A stretch of 64,000 nt of DNA from Isoptericola halotolerans (lineage in GTDB: Bacteria > Actinomycetota > Actinomycetes > Actinomycetales > Cellulomonadaceae). Shown piece after piece: positions 50,135 through 59,863 of the stretch. The notes under the pieces are model-generated. The model was not told the DNA's origin, ran no database searches, and saw only the letters and a program-made list of their open reading frames with translations. Positions within the stretch are counted from its first letter, which is position 1. Every line of letters begins with the position of its first letter. The stretch covers positions 496,001 to 560,000 of the forward strand of contig NZ_JABEZU010000002.1 of the NCBI RefSeq assembly GCF_013149785.1, in the 5' to 3' direction. A program made the translations under genes and the position numbers.

Positions 50135-51049
50135 TCACGCGAGGGCGTGGTGTCGTCGCGCCGTCTCCTGCGCCGCCCGCACGACGGCGTCGAGCACCTG
50201 GCGCACGGCCCGCCGTCGGGCGCGGTCCGGCCGCATCACCGCCGAGACGTGCCGCGTGGCGGGGACGCCGGTCAGGGGGCGCAGCGTCAGCCGGTCGTCC
50301 GTCGGCGTGGTGAAGCGGGGCAGGACCGCGAGGCGGTCCCCGGCGGCGACGAGCGCCTCGATGAGCCGGTTGTCGCGCAGTCTCTGCCGGACGTCGAGCT
50401 GGGCGCCGGTGGCCTGCTCGATGCTCTGCAGGACGGTGTCGAACGGGTACCCGGCGGGGACGCCGATCCAGGCAGCGCCGACGACGTCGTGGGCGTCGAC
50501 GGTCTCCTGCGCGGCGAGCGGGTGGTGCGTGGACATCGCGACGTCGAGGGGTTCGCCGACCACGGGGACCACGGTGAGTCCGTGGGTCCCGGCGGGGCGC
50601 ACGCTCGTCAGGCTGTGGGCGATGACGATGTCGTGGTCGGCAGTCAGCGCGCCGTAGGCGGCCTCGGCCAGGTCGACGTCGGTGCAGGTCAGCCGGATCC
50701 CGCTGCCGGCGAGGGCGACGTCGACGGTGGGCAGCAGGAAGGTCGCGGCGCTCGGCAGCGCGGCGACCGTGACGGTGCCGGCCGGTGCGTCCTGGAAGGC
50801 GTCCCAGCGTGCCTGGACCCCGGCGAGGGCGGTGGCGACCTCCACGGCACCGTCGGCGAGGAGGCGTCCCGCGTCGGTGAGCCGGACGCCCCGGCCGTGC
50901 GGTTCGACGAGCGGCGCCCCGAGGTCCCGCTGGGCCGTGCGCAGCTGCTGCGAGACGGCGGACGGCGTGCGGTGCGTGGCGGCGGCGACGGCGGAGACGC
51001 TGCCACGGTCGGCGAGCTCGCGCAGGAGCTCGAGGTGCCGGGGATCCAT
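50135..51049 (-). CDS. LysR-family regulator
   Basis: N-terminal HTH TPSAVSQQL..LTDAG; divergent from EamA. Confidence 0.9.
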   Translation of the reverse strand: MDPRHLELLRELADRGSVSAVAAATHRTPSAVSQQLRTAQRDLGAPLVEPHGRGVRLTDAGRLLADGAVEVATALAGVQARWDAFQDAPAGTVTVAALPSAATFLLPTVDVALAGSGIRLTCTDVDLAEAAYGALTADHDIVIAHSLTSVRPAGTHGLTVVPVVGEPLDVAMSTHHPLAAQETVDAHDVVGAAWIGVPAGYPFDTVLQSIEQATGAQLDVRQRLRDNRLIEALVAAGDRLAVLPRFTTPTDDRLTLRPLTGVPATRHVSAVMRPDRARRRAVRQVLDAVVRAAQETARRHHALA

Positions 51050-51120
51050 GAAGGCAGCCTACAGAGAGAGTGCAGAAAGTTTCGCTTGTCCTTCATCAAT
51101 CTCCGACCGACGATGTCGGC

Positions 51121-52047
51121 ATGCCGTTCCGTCACCGTCTCCTCGCCGCGTCCGTGGCCGTCATGTGGGGGCTGAACTTCCTGGCGATCGACGCCTCGCT
51201 CGGACACTTCCCACCGTTCTTCCTCGTCGCCCTCCGCTTCGCGATCATCGCCGTGCCCACGCTGCTGCTCGTGCCGCGCCCACGGGTGCCGGTGCGCTGG
51301 TTGGTCGGCTACGGCGTCGGGTTCGGCATCCTGCAGTTCACGTTCCTCTACTGGGGGATGGCGGTGGGGATGCCCGCGGGCCTGGCGTCCCTGGTGCTGC
51401 AGGCGTCCGGGCCCTTCACCGTGGTGCTGGGCGCGACGTTCCTGCGCGAGCGGGTGGGCGCGCGCCAGGTGGCGGGCGTCCTCGTGGCCGTCGCGGGCCT
51501 GACGGTGGTGGGGTGGCAGCAGGCGCAGACGGCGGCGCTGCTGCCGTTCCTGCTGACCCTCGCCGGTGCGCTGGGCTGGGCCATCGGCAACATCGCGAAC
51601 CGCCAGGCGAGACCGGAGAACCCGCTGCACCTGACGCTGTGGATGTCGGTGGTGCCGCCGGTGCCCATGCTGGCCGTGGCGCTGGTGGTGGAGGGGCCGG
51701 CCCGGATCGTCGGGTCGTTGACCTCCTTCGACGAGCCGGGAGCGGTGGGCGCGCTGGTCGGCCTCGCCTACACCGTGGTGGTGGGCACCGTCCTGGGGTC
51801 CGGAGCGTGGACCTGGCTGATGGCCCGGCACCCGGCGGGCGTCGTCGCGCCGTACTCGATGCTGGTGCCGGTGGTGGGGATGACCGCGGCGTGGGTGGTG
51901 CTCGGTGAGCAGGTGAGCCTGCTCGCGCTCGCGGGCGGGGTGCTCGTGGTGGCCGGTGTGCTCTGGGGCGGGGCACGCCGCCGTGCGGCACCCCCGGCGC
52001 AACCGGCGACGACGCCGGCCTCAGCCCCGGTCGTCATCCGGGGCTGA
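51121..52047 (+). CDS. EamA/DMT family transporter
   Basis: WGLNF, LRF, GLASLVLQ and LVPVVG; about 10 TM segments. Confidence 0.88.
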   Translation: MPFRHRLLAASVAVMWGLNFLAIDASLGHFPPFFLVALRFAIIAVPTLLLVPRPRVPVRWLVGYGVGFGILQFTFLYWGMAVGMPAGLASLVLQASGPFTVVLGATFLRERVGARQVAGVLVAVAGLTVVGWQQAQTAALLPFLLTLAGALGWAIGNIANRQARPENPLHLTLWMSVVPPVPMLAVALVVEGPARIVGSLTSFDEPGAVGALVGLAYTVVVGTVLGSGAWTWLMARHPAGVVAPYSMLVPVVGMTAAWVVLGEQVSLLALAGGVLVVAGVLWGGARRRAAPPAQPATTPASAPVVIRG

Positions 52048-52683
52048 CGTCCCGGCGCGGGCCCCCGAGGCGCCCACCACGGGGAACGCGTTGAAGTGGA
52101 TCTGCACGGGGACGGCGCCCGGCACGCCCTCCTGGTCCTTGAGCGGCGCGAGCTGTTCCTCGAGCGCGGCGGAGACGGCCTCGACGAGGCGGGCCAGCTG
52201 GTCGGGGGTGGCGAACAGGTTGCTGGTGGTGAGCGTGACCGCGTCCTTCCAGCGGGCGAGGGCGGAGTCGTCGATCGCGCTGTCGCCCATCATGTCGAGC
52301 AGCCGCCAGATCTTCTCCTGGCGGCTGCGCTCGAACTCGGCGTTCACCAGGGACTTCGTGGTGCGTGTGCCGACGTCGTCCTCCTGCTCGGGGCCGATGG
52401 AGAACCCGCCGGGCGCCGCTTCCCACCACCGCTCGCGTGCCGTGCCCCTGCCCTCGACCTCCTGGACGAACTGGTGCTTGGCGAGCTGGCGCAGGTGGTA
52501 GCTCGTCGAGCCGCTGGACTCGCCGACGAGCTCGGCGAGCCCGCTGGCGGTGAGCGCACCGTGGACCTGCAGCAGGTCGAGGATCCGCACGCGCAACGGG
52601 TGCGACAGTCCGCGCAGCCGGGTGGCGCTGAGCCTGTCGGGTCGTCGGCCGCGGCCGGTCGGCTCCTCGTGCGTCTCGCTCAT
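52021..52683 (-). CDS. ArsR-like winged-helix regulator
   Basis: LSHPLRVRIL, SYHLRQLAKH and RERWW. Confidence 0.82.
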   Translation of the reverse strand: MSETHEEPTGRGRRPDRLSATRLRGLSHPLRVRILDLLQVHGALTASGLAELVGESSGSTSYHLRQLAKHQFVQEVEGRGTARERWWEAAPGGFSIGPEQEDDVGTRTTKSLVNAEFERSRQEKIWRLLDMMGDSAIDDSALARWKDAVTLTTSNLFATPDQLARLVEAVSAALEEQLAPLKDQEGVPGAVPVQIHFNAFPVVGASGARAGTSAPDDDRG

Positions 52684-52706
52684 GTCCTGACCGTACAGCG
52701 GTCCGG

Positions 52707-53003
52707 TCAGCGCAGTCCGAGGGGGTGGATCTGCGCGGCGTTGTCCCGGCGGTGAGCGTCCGCCGCGCGGCGCGCTGCCGCAGCGCCGCCAGCAGGGGAC
52801 CGGCGGACCGGGGTGGCCCTGGCCGCGCTGACGAGGGTCCTCAGGGCGCGCCCGAGACGTGTCACGACGCGGTGCGCGAGGACGCGGACCGCGGTGCTTC
52901 GGGTCGCGGTGCCCTGGGCCGCCGGGCGGCGGGGTGACCGGGGGGCCGTGCGGAGGGTCGTCCGAGAGGTGGTCGAGAACGTGGGGGCGGTGGTGAGCAG
53001 CAT
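52707..53003 (-). CDS. Small basic hypothetical protein (98 aa)
   Basis: GGGAG RBS, fills the intergenic gap, operator and -10 upstream; no recognisable domain. Confidence 0.45.
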   Translation of the reverse strand: MLLTTAPTFSTTSRTTLRTAPRSPRRPAAQGTATRSTAVRVLAHRVVTRLGRALRTLVSAARATPVRRSPAGGAAAARRAADAHRRDNAAQIHPLGLR

Positions 53004-53045
53004 GACGATCTCCCGTGGTGTGGTGTCCAGTGCTCCCAACATAGC

Positions 53046-53080
53046 GTTGCAAAGAAGGCTTTGCAACAGTGTCTTTGGAA
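53046..53080. promoter_or_regulatory. Palindromic operator GTTGCAAAG-N4-CTTTGCAAC with an overlapping imperfect second copy
   Basis: Read directly; AT-rich patch. Confidence 0.7.
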
Positions 53081-53199
53081 GAGTTCTGTCCGGAGCGGGC
53101 AGAGGTGACCCCGCTCCGGGAACTCGACCGGCGTAGGCTCCGTTGTGCAGCCGTACGATGCCGCCGTCGTGCACCTCCCCTCGCCGCCCTGGAGTGTGT

Positions 53200-56100
53200 G
53201 TGTTCCGCCTTGCCCGCTTGTCCCTGGCCAATCGCGCCGTCGTCGCGCTCGCCACGATCGCGATCTTCGCGTTCGGCACCCTGAGCCTGACGACGCTGAA
53301 GCAGGAGCTCATCCCGTCCCTCGAGCTCCCCGCCGGTGCCGTCGTCGCCGTCTACCCGGGCGCGTCCCCGGAGGTCGTCGAGCAGAACGTCACCGCACCC
53401 CTCGAGGCCGCCGCGCAGACGGTGGACGGCATCGAGTCGCTCAGCTCCACGGCGTCCACCGGGATGTCGATGACCCTGGTCGAGTTCGAGTACGGCACCG
53501 ACATGGACGCGGCCACCCAGCGCCTCACCACGGCGGTCACGCGGACACAGTCGCAGCTCCCGCAGGACGTCGAGCCGCAGGTGATCACCGGCTCCCTCGA
53601 CGACCTGCCGGTCGTCCAGCTCGCCGCAGCCGGGTCCGACGACGTCGCCGCCCTCGCCGACGAGATCGACACCGTCCTGGTGCCGGAGCTCGAACGCCTC
53701 GACGACGTGCGCTCCGTGGCCGTCACCGGTGGGCAGACCGAGCAGGTCCTCATCGAGGTCGACCCCGCCGACCTCGCCGCCGACGGCCTCGACCTCGCCC
53801 ACGTGACCGACGTCCTGGCCGACTACGGCGTGGTGATCCCGGCCGGGACCGTCACCGAGGACGGCGCCACGTACTCCCTGCAGGCCGGCACCCGGGTCGA
53901 GAGCCTCGAGGAACTGGAGGAGATCCCGCTGGTGCCGTCGGTACCGGAGGCGGGCGCCGGTGCCGGGCCCGCTGGAGCGGCCGAGGGCGACGCCGGTGCG
54001 GCCGGCGACGACGGCGCCACCACGCCCGACGGCGCGACGGACGTGCCGCCGTCGGACACCGGAGCCGAGCCCGGGACCGACGACGAGGCGATCGTCCCCG
54101 GCGACGACGCGCTGCTGCCGGACGCCAACGCGCCGCCGGAGCTGCCGGAGCCCGTGCTGCTCGGCGACGTCGCCGAGATCACCGTCGCCGCCACCGAGGC
54201 GACCTCCTTCTCCCGTCTGGACGGCGAGCCCTCGCTCGGCATCGCCATCACCAAGACGCCCCAGGGCAACACCGTGGACGTCTCGCACGCCGTGCAGGAG
54301 GTCCTCGACGACAACGCCGCCGAGCTCGACGCCGCCGGCATCAGCACCGCCGTCGTCTTCGACCAGGCGCCCTTCATCGAGGAGTCCATCGAGGGGCTGG
54401 CTACCGAGGGTGGCCTGGGTCTGATCTTCGCGATCCTCATCATCCTGGTGTTCCTGCTCTCGGTGCGCTCCACCCTGGTCTCGGCCGTGTCGATCCCGCT
54501 GTCCCTGGCCACCGCGTTCCTGGTCATGGACATCACCGGCTACACCCTGAACATCCTCACGCTCGCCGCGCTGACCATCTCGATCGGGCGCGTGGTCGAC
54601 GACGCGATCGTCGTCATCGAGAACATCAAGAGACACCTGTCCTACGGCGAGGACAAGAAGCAGGCGATCCTCACCGCCGTCGGCGAGGTGGCCGGGGCGA
54701 TCTCCTCGTCCACCATCTGTACGGTGGCGGTCTTCCTGCCGCTGGGGCTCGTCTCCGGCATGACCGGCGAGCTGTTCCGGCCGTTCGCGTTCACCGTCGC
54801 CATCGCGATGCTCGCCTCCCTGCTCGTGGCGCTCACCATCGTGCCGGTGCTGGCGTACTGGTTCGTCAAGGCCCCGCGCGGGACCGAGGGCGCCACCGAC
54901 GGCGGCCAGGCCATCCGCGAGGCCGCCGAGGCCAAGGAGCGCCGCGGGCTCTGGCAGCGCGCCTACGTGCCCAGCCTGGCCGCCTCGCTGCGCCACCCGT
55001 GGATCTCGCTGGCGATCGCCGTCGGCATCCTCGCCGGGACGCTCGCCCTGGTGCCGCGCCTGGAGACGAACTTCATCGGCGACTCCGGCCAGGACACCGT
55101 CACCGTCACCCAGACGTTCACCGACACCGCGTCGCTCGAGGCGCAGGACGACGCCGCCCGCGACATGGAGGCGGCGCTCGACGATGTCGACGGGATCGAG
55201 ACCGTCCAGACCTCCGTGGGCGCCGGTGACGCCGGCGAGGCCGCGTTCTTCGGCGGCGGGGCGACGCCGACGGCGACGTTCTCCGTCACGCTCGACGGTG
55301 AGGTCGACCCGGTCGCCGTGCAGGCCGAGATCCGCGCGGCGGCCGAAGAGTTCGCGGGCGAGGGCCCGACGACGGAGGTCAGCGTGGCCGGCGGCGACGC
55401 CGGCTTCGGCTCCACGACCATCGACCTCGTGGTCCGCGCGCACGACTCCGACGACCTCGCCTCGGCCGCGTCGGCGGCCCAGGACGCCGTCAGCGGGCTG
55501 GACGGCGTCGCGGAGGTCACCAACGACCTCGCCTCGGCGCAGCCGGTCCTGCAGGTGACGGTCGATCGCGAGGCGGCCGCCGAGGCGGGCCTGACCGAGA
55601 CCCAGGTCGCCGGCATCGTCTCGGGAACCATGAACCCGGAGCAGACCGTCGGCGAGGTCGACCTCGGAGGCGGGCCGGTGGACGCCGTCGTCGTCACGGG
55701 CGAGGCGCCGGCGACGGTCGAGGAGGTCGAGGAGATCGAGATCCCGACCGCCACCGGCCTGGTGCCGCTCACCGACGTGGCCGAGGTCGAGGAGGTCGAG
55801 ACGCCGACGTCGATCAGCCGGGTGGACGGGGAGCGGTCGGCCACCGTGTCGATCACCCCGGAGAGCCAGGACCTGGGCACGCTGGGCGCCGACGTGACGG
55901 CCGCCGTCGACGGGCTCGACCTGCCGCCGGGCGCGTCGGTCGAGATCGGCGGGGTCGCCGCCGACCAGGAGGAGGCCTTCGCCGACCTGGGCCTGGCGCT
56001 GCTCGCCGCGATCGCGATCGTCTACCTGATCATGGTCGCGACGTTCAAGTCCCTGGTCCAGCCGCTCATCCTGCTGGTCTCGGTGCCGCTGTCGGCGACC

Positions 56101-56544
56101 GGTGCGCTCGTCGCGCTGCTGGTCACGAACACCCCGCTCGGGGTGCCGGCGATCATCGGTGTGCTGATGCTGGTGGGCATCGTGGTGTCGAACGCCATCG
56201 TGCTCATCGACCTCATCAACCAGTACCGCCTGCGCGGCCGGTCGCTGGACGAGGCGGTGCGCGAGGGCGCCCGCAAGCGTCTGCGGCCGATCGTCATGAC
56301 GGCGCTGGCCACCATCGGTGCGCTGACGCCCATGGCGATCGGCGTGACCGGGGGCGGGGCGTTCATCTCCCAGCCGCTCGCGCTCGTGGTGATCGGCGGT
56401 CTGATCTCGTCGACGTTGCTGACCCTGCTCATCGTCCCCGTGCTCTACGTGATGGTCGAGGGCCGCAAGGACCGCCGGGCGGCACGCCGGGAGCGCCGGG
56501 CCGCGAAGCGGGAGGCCAAGCAGGCCGAGCGGCAGGAGAGCTGA
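53200..56544 (+). CDS. RND efflux permease (AcrB/SwrC-like)
   Basis: YPGASPE, GRVVDDAIVVIENI, GIVVSNAIVLID and RLRPIVMT. Confidence 0.92.
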   Translation: MFRLARLSLANRAVVALATIAIFAFGTLSLTTLKQELIPSLELPAGAVVAVYPGASPEVVEQNVTAPLEAAAQTVDGIESLSSTASTGMSMTLVEFEYGTDMDAATQRLTTAVTRTQSQLPQDVEPQVITGSLDDLPVVQLAAAGSDDVAALADEIDTVLVPELERLDDVRSVAVTGGQTEQVLIEVDPADLAADGLDLAHVTDVLADYGVVIPAGTVTEDGATYSLQAGTRVESLEELEEIPLVPSVPEAGAGAGPAGAAEGDAGAAGDDGATTPDGATDVPPSDTGAEPGTDDEAIVPGDDALLPDANAPPELPEPVLLGDVAEITVAATEATSFSRLDGEPSLGIAITKTPQGNTVDVSHAVQEVLDDNAAELDAAGISTAVVFDQAPFIEESIEGLATEGGLGLIFAILIILVFLLSVRSTLVSAVSIPLSLATAFLVMDITGYTLNILTLAALTISIGRVVDDAIVVIENIKRHLSYGEDKKQAILTAVGEVAGAISSSTICTVAVFLPLGLVSGMTGELFRPFAFTVAIAMLASLLVALTIVPVLAYWFVKAPRGTEGATDGGQAIREAAEAKERRGLWQRAYVPSLAASLRHPWISLAIAVGILAGTLALVPRLETNFIGDSGQDTVTVTQTFTDTASLEAQDDAARDMEAALDDVDGIETVQTSVGAGDAGEAAFFGGGATPTATFSVTLDGEVDPVAVQAEIRAAAEEFAGEGPTTEVSVAGGDAGFGSTTIDLVVRAHDSDDLASAASAAQDAVSGLDGVAEVTNDLASAQPVLQVTVDREAAAEAGLTETQVAGIVSGTMNPEQTVGEVDLGGGPVDAVVVTGEAPATVEEVEEIEIPTATGLVPLTDVAEVEEVETPTSISRVDGERSATVSITPESQDLGTLGADVTAAVDGLDLPPGASVEIGGVAADQEEAFADLGLALLAAIAIVYLIMVATFKSLVQPLILLVSVPLSATGALVALLVTNTPLGVPAIIGVLMLVGIVVSNAIVLIDLINQYRLRGRSLDEAVREGARKRLRPIVMTALATIGALTPMAIGVTGGGAFISQPLALVVIGGLISSTLLTLLIVPVLYVMVEGRKDRRAARRERRAAKREAKQAERQES

Positions 56545-56551
56545 GGGTCGA

Positions 56552-56611
56552 GTCGGCACGTCGCGGCCGGGTCGGCACACATCCCTGCCGACCTGGCCGC
56601 GCCGTGCCGAC
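56552..56611 (+). terminator. Long hairpin after the RND gene
   Basis: GTCGGCACG..GGTCGGCA / TGCCGACC..CGTGCCGAC. Confidence 0.6.
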
Positions 56612-56639
56612 CTGATCGGAGAACGTCACAGTTCGGCCG

Positions 56640-56666
56640 GGAACCTGACGGCCGGGTCGCGCGTTG
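56640..56666 (+). promoter_or_regulatory. ECF (SigE/SigH/SigR-type) promoter GGAAC-N17-CGTTG
   Basis: Motif and spacing match actinobacterial stress ECF promoters. Confidence 0.55.
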
Positions 56667-56755
56667 CCTAGGATGATGGCCACGGCCAGCGACCCGGCCC
56701 TGTCCGCGCGACGACCCGTCGTCGGGCACCCGGCAGCCGCGACCAGGAGGAGCTC

Positions 56756-57583
56756 ATGAGCAACCCCGTCTTCTCGAACAGCGACGTCTTCGGCGAGCCG
56801 CGCCGCGGTGCCAAGGGGGGCACGGCGACAGCCCCGTCCCCGTACACCCAGTACGGCGCCGGTGGCGCACAGGCGGCCGACGCCGCCTCGCTGCAGAACA
56901 TGTACAACGCGCCGTCGGCGTCCCCCGTCGACACCAAGCGCCTGACCTACACCGACGTCATCATGAAGACGGCGGGCCTGTTCTCGCTCCTCGTGGTGGT
57001 CGCGGCGGCGACCTGGGTCGTCGCTCCGGGCCTCTGGGTCATCGGCATGATCGTCGGGCTCGTGCTCGGTCTGGTCAACGCCTTCAAGAAGAACCCGAGC
57101 CCGGTGCTCATCACCCTCTACGCGATCGCGCAGGGTGCGTTCCTCGGCGGCATCTCCAAGATGTACGAGTCCTTCCAGGACGGCATCGTCCTGCAGGCCG
57201 TCCTGGCGACCCTGTCGGTCTTCGCGGTCTCGCTGGCGCTGTTCAGCTCCGGCAAGGTGCGCGTCACCCCGAAGTTCACGCGCTGGGTGCTGATCTCGAT
57301 GGTCGGCTACCTCGTCTTCTCGCTCGTCAACGTGGTTCTCGTGTGGACCGGTGTGCTCGACGGCTGGGGCATGCGCGGCGGCACGCTCGGCATCCTCATC
57401 GGGCTGTTCGCCGTCGGTCTTGCCGCGGCGATGCTCATGATCGACTTCGACTCCATCAAGCGCGGCGTCGAGGGCGGCGTCCCGGCCAAGTTCGCCTGGT
57501 CGGCGGCCTTCGGCCTCATGGTCACGCTCATCTGGATGTACCTGGAGATCCTGCGCCTCCTCGCGATCCTGCGCGGCGACTGA
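56756..57583 (+). CDS. Bax inhibitor-1/YccA family membrane protein
   Basis: MSNPVF, DVIMKT, DFD and WMYLEILRLL; 7 TM segments. Confidence 0.88.
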   Translation: MSNPVFSNSDVFGEPRRGAKGGTATAPSPYTQYGAGGAQAADAASLQNMYNAPSASPVDTKRLTYTDVIMKTAGLFSLLVVVAAATWVVAPGLWVIGMIVGLVLGLVNAFKKNPSPVLITLYAIAQGAFLGGISKMYESFQDGIVLQAVLATLSVFAVSLALFSSGKVRVTPKFTRWVLISMVGYLVFSLVNVVLVWTGVLDGWGMRGGTLGILIGLFAVGLAAAMLMIDFDSIKRGVEGGVPAKFAWSAAFGLMVTLIWMYLEILRLLAILRGD

Positions 57584-57599
57584 CCTCAACGAGCGACAG

Positions 57600-57633
57600 C
57601 GGCCGGGCACCTCACCGAGGTGCCCGGCCGTTT
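57600..57633 (+). terminator. Intrinsic terminator
   Basis: 14-bp perfect stem followed by TTT. Confidence 0.8.
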
Positions 57634-57679
57634 CGCGTCCGGCGTGGTGGCGCAAGGCTCCGCGGAGGTGGCGTTCTGC

Positions 57680-58351
57680 TCAGCGCTCGGAGGAGAGCCG
57701 GGCCGCCGCCCACCCGAGCAGCAACGTCCCGGCGGCGAGCAGCACCCCGTGCGCGATCCGCAGACCTGGCCCGCCCCAGAACTGCGGCAGCAGGGTGACG
57801 AGCCCGAGGGCCAGCGGGATCCCGACCCACCGGGGCGACGCCCCCGCGCGCCACAGCGCCACGGCGACGAGCACGCCCGCCGCGGCCACCAGCAGCAGGC
57901 CGGCGCCGAAGAGTGCGACGGCGGCCGGCTCCAGCCGCAGCGCCTCGACCTCCGCGAGCAGCCCGAGGTCCCCGTCCCGCAGGGCCGCCTCCGCCACCGT
58001 GCGGACCCCGAACGTCTCGGCCCCGAAGTAGAGCGCCGAGAGTCCCGCGCCGACCCACGCGCTGACGACGGCGGCGGTCGCCGCGCGCTGTCCGGGCCGT
58101 GCGTCGCTTCCGGGCCGCGTGTCGGGGTCGCGCCGGACCAGGAGCGTGCGTACCCCGAGCAGCGCGGGGGCCAGCAGCCCGAGCCCCAGGATCCCGCACA
58201 GGTGCGCCAGCACCCAGCGGTCCGAGGCGAACGCTGCGGCGAGCTCCGCCGTCGCGACCGTCTCGTCGGGCCACGGCCGCAGCACCGGGAACAGCAGGAA
58301 GGCGGCCGCGGCCGCCACGGCGGCGGCGACGGTCCACCGGGTGGTGCTCAC
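57680..58351 (-). CDS. Hypothetical membrane protein
   Basis: About 6 TM segments; GTGA-coupled to the TetR gene. Confidence 0.65.
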   Translation of the reverse strand: MSTTRWTVAAAVAAAAAFLLFPVLRPWPDETVATAELAAAFASDRWVLAHLCGILGLGLLAPALLGVRTLLVRRDPDTRPGSDARPGQRAATAAVVSAWVGAGLSALYFGAETFGVRTVAEAALRDGDLGLLAEVEALRLEPAAVALFGAGLLLVAAAGVLVAVALWRAGASPRWVGIPLALGLVTLLPQFWGGPGLRIAHGVLLAAGTLLLGWAAARLSSER

Positions 58352-58944
58352 GGCGTCTCGTGCACGGAGAGCGCCGTGATCCCGGCGACCAGCATGTCCA
58401 GCAGGACGTCGAAGCTGGCGTCCACGCCCTGCGGCAGCCGGAACCCGCCGCCCAGCTCGAGGGCGACGAAGCCGTGCACGGCGGACCGGGCGGCGCGGAC
58501 GGCGTCGACGAGCCGGTCGTCGGGCAGGTCGAAGGCGCGCAGGGCGGCGGCGGCCACCTCGACGCCCTGGGCGGCGACCTGACGGTGCGCGGCCTCGGCC
58601 GGGTCGTCGGGGTCGGGGGCGACCTGCGTCGCGGCGTAGCGTCCAGGGTGCTGGAGCGCGTAGCCGCGCCAGGCGTGGGCGAGGGCGCGCACGGCGTCGG
58701 GCCCGGAGCGTCCGACCGTCGCCCGCGACCCCGCCGCGGTCAGCTCCGTCGTGGCCTGGAGCGAGACCTCGCGGCGCAGCTCGGCCAGCGAGCCGACGTG
58801 CTTGTACAGGCTGGGCGTGGCCACCCCGGCCCTGCCGGCGACCTGCGCGAGCGTCAGACCGGCGAACCCCGCCGCGCCGCCGTCGTCGACCACCTCGAGT
58901 GCGAGGCGCACGACCGCCTCGCGGGACAGCCCGGCCCTAGGCAC
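58348..58944 (-). CDS. TetR-family regulator (WHG-type C-terminus)
   Basis: GVATPSLYKH, HPGRY and VHGFVALE. Confidence 0.87.
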   Translation of the reverse strand: MPRAGLSREAVVRLALEVVDDGGAAGFAGLTLAQVAGRAGVATPSLYKHVGSLAELRREVSLQATTELTAAGSRATVGRSGPDAVRALAHAWRGYALQHPGRYAATQVAPDPDDPAEAAHRQVAAQGVEVAAAALRAFDLPDDRLVDAVRAARSAVHGFVALELGGGFRLPQGVDASFDVLLDMLVAGITALSVHETP

Positions 58945-59797
58945 GTCGCTCACCGCCCGCCGCGGGCAGATGGGCGAGGAAGTCGAGCACGGACGCCGCC
59001 ACGACGTCGGGTGCCTGGTGCTGCGGGTAGTGCCCCACGTCGGGGACCAGCACGGCGTGCTCGGGACGGATGCCGAGCGCCGCCTGGACCCACGCCAGCT
59101 CGGCGCCAGGGTCCGGGAAGTCCGGGTCGAGGGCGCCGACGACGGCGAGCGCGGGTGCCTGCACCGCGTCCAGCCGCCGCTCGACCACCGAGTGGTCCAG
59201 GGCCAGCGCGAGGTCGCGGAACGAGCGGAGGTGTGCGCGGTCGCGCATGGCGGCACGCACGGCGGTGACGTGCTCGGCATGCCGGGGGGAGCGCCGACCC
59301 TTGCTGATCGAGGAGTAGAACGCTCCCCAGGCCGCGGCGCCCCACGGCGGGCGGAACAGCACCCGGTAGAGGGCGTGCAGCAGCCGCTGCTTGCCCGGCG
59401 AGGCGGTCTCCCGCAGGAACGGGCCGAGCAGGACGAGCCCGCGGACGAGGTCGGGACGCTCGGCAGCCGCCCAGGCCGCGGCCGAGGCGCCCATGGAGCT
59501 GCCCATCAGCACCGCCGGGCCGGCGTCGAGGTGCTCGACGAGGGCCAGGAGGTCGGCGCCGGTGACGTCGTCCCCGTGGTGCGTGAAGGTCGTGTCGGAG
59601 TCGCCGTGGCCGCGCAGGTCGACGACCACGACGCGCCACCCGGCCTCGACCAGGGCCGGGGTGACGTCGTCGTAGGTGGAGCGCAGGTCGCCCATGCCCG
59701 GGACCGCGACGAGGAGCGGGTCGCTCGGTGCGCCGGTGTCGGAGTAGGCGAGGCGACCCTCGGGAAGGTGGAGGAAGCGTGCTGGGGTATCAGCCAT
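58937..59797 (-). CDS. Alpha/beta hydrolase
   Basis: DLRGHG, GSSMG and GHYP. Confidence 0.85.
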   Translation of the reverse strand: MADTPARFLHLPEGRLAYSDTGAPSDPLLVAVPGMGDLRSTYDDVTPALVEAGWRVVVVDLRGHGDSDTTFTHHGDDVTGADLLALVEHLDAGPAVLMGSSMGASAAAWAAAERPDLVRGLVLLGPFLRETASPGKQRLLHALYRVLFRPPWGAAAWGAFYSSISKGRRSPRHAEHVTAVRAAMRDRAHLRSFRDLALALDHSVVERRLDAVQAPALAVVGALDPDFPDPGAELAWVQAALGIRPEHAVLVPDVGHYPQHQAPDVVAASVLDFLAHLPAAGGERRA

Positions 59798-59833
59798 AGC
59801 CTGAAAGCTACGCCTGTTAGCCAAAAGTGTCAA
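59786..59833 (-). promoter_or_regulatory. Housekeeping promoter TTGACA-N17-TAGCTT overlapped by GCTA-N7-TAGC operator candidates
   Basis: -35 at 59833-59828, -10 at 59810-59805; palindromes at 59807-59821 and 59786-59800. Confidence 0.6.
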
Positions 59834-59863
59834 GAGGCCCTCGGGTGCCCTCCCGCGCGACGC

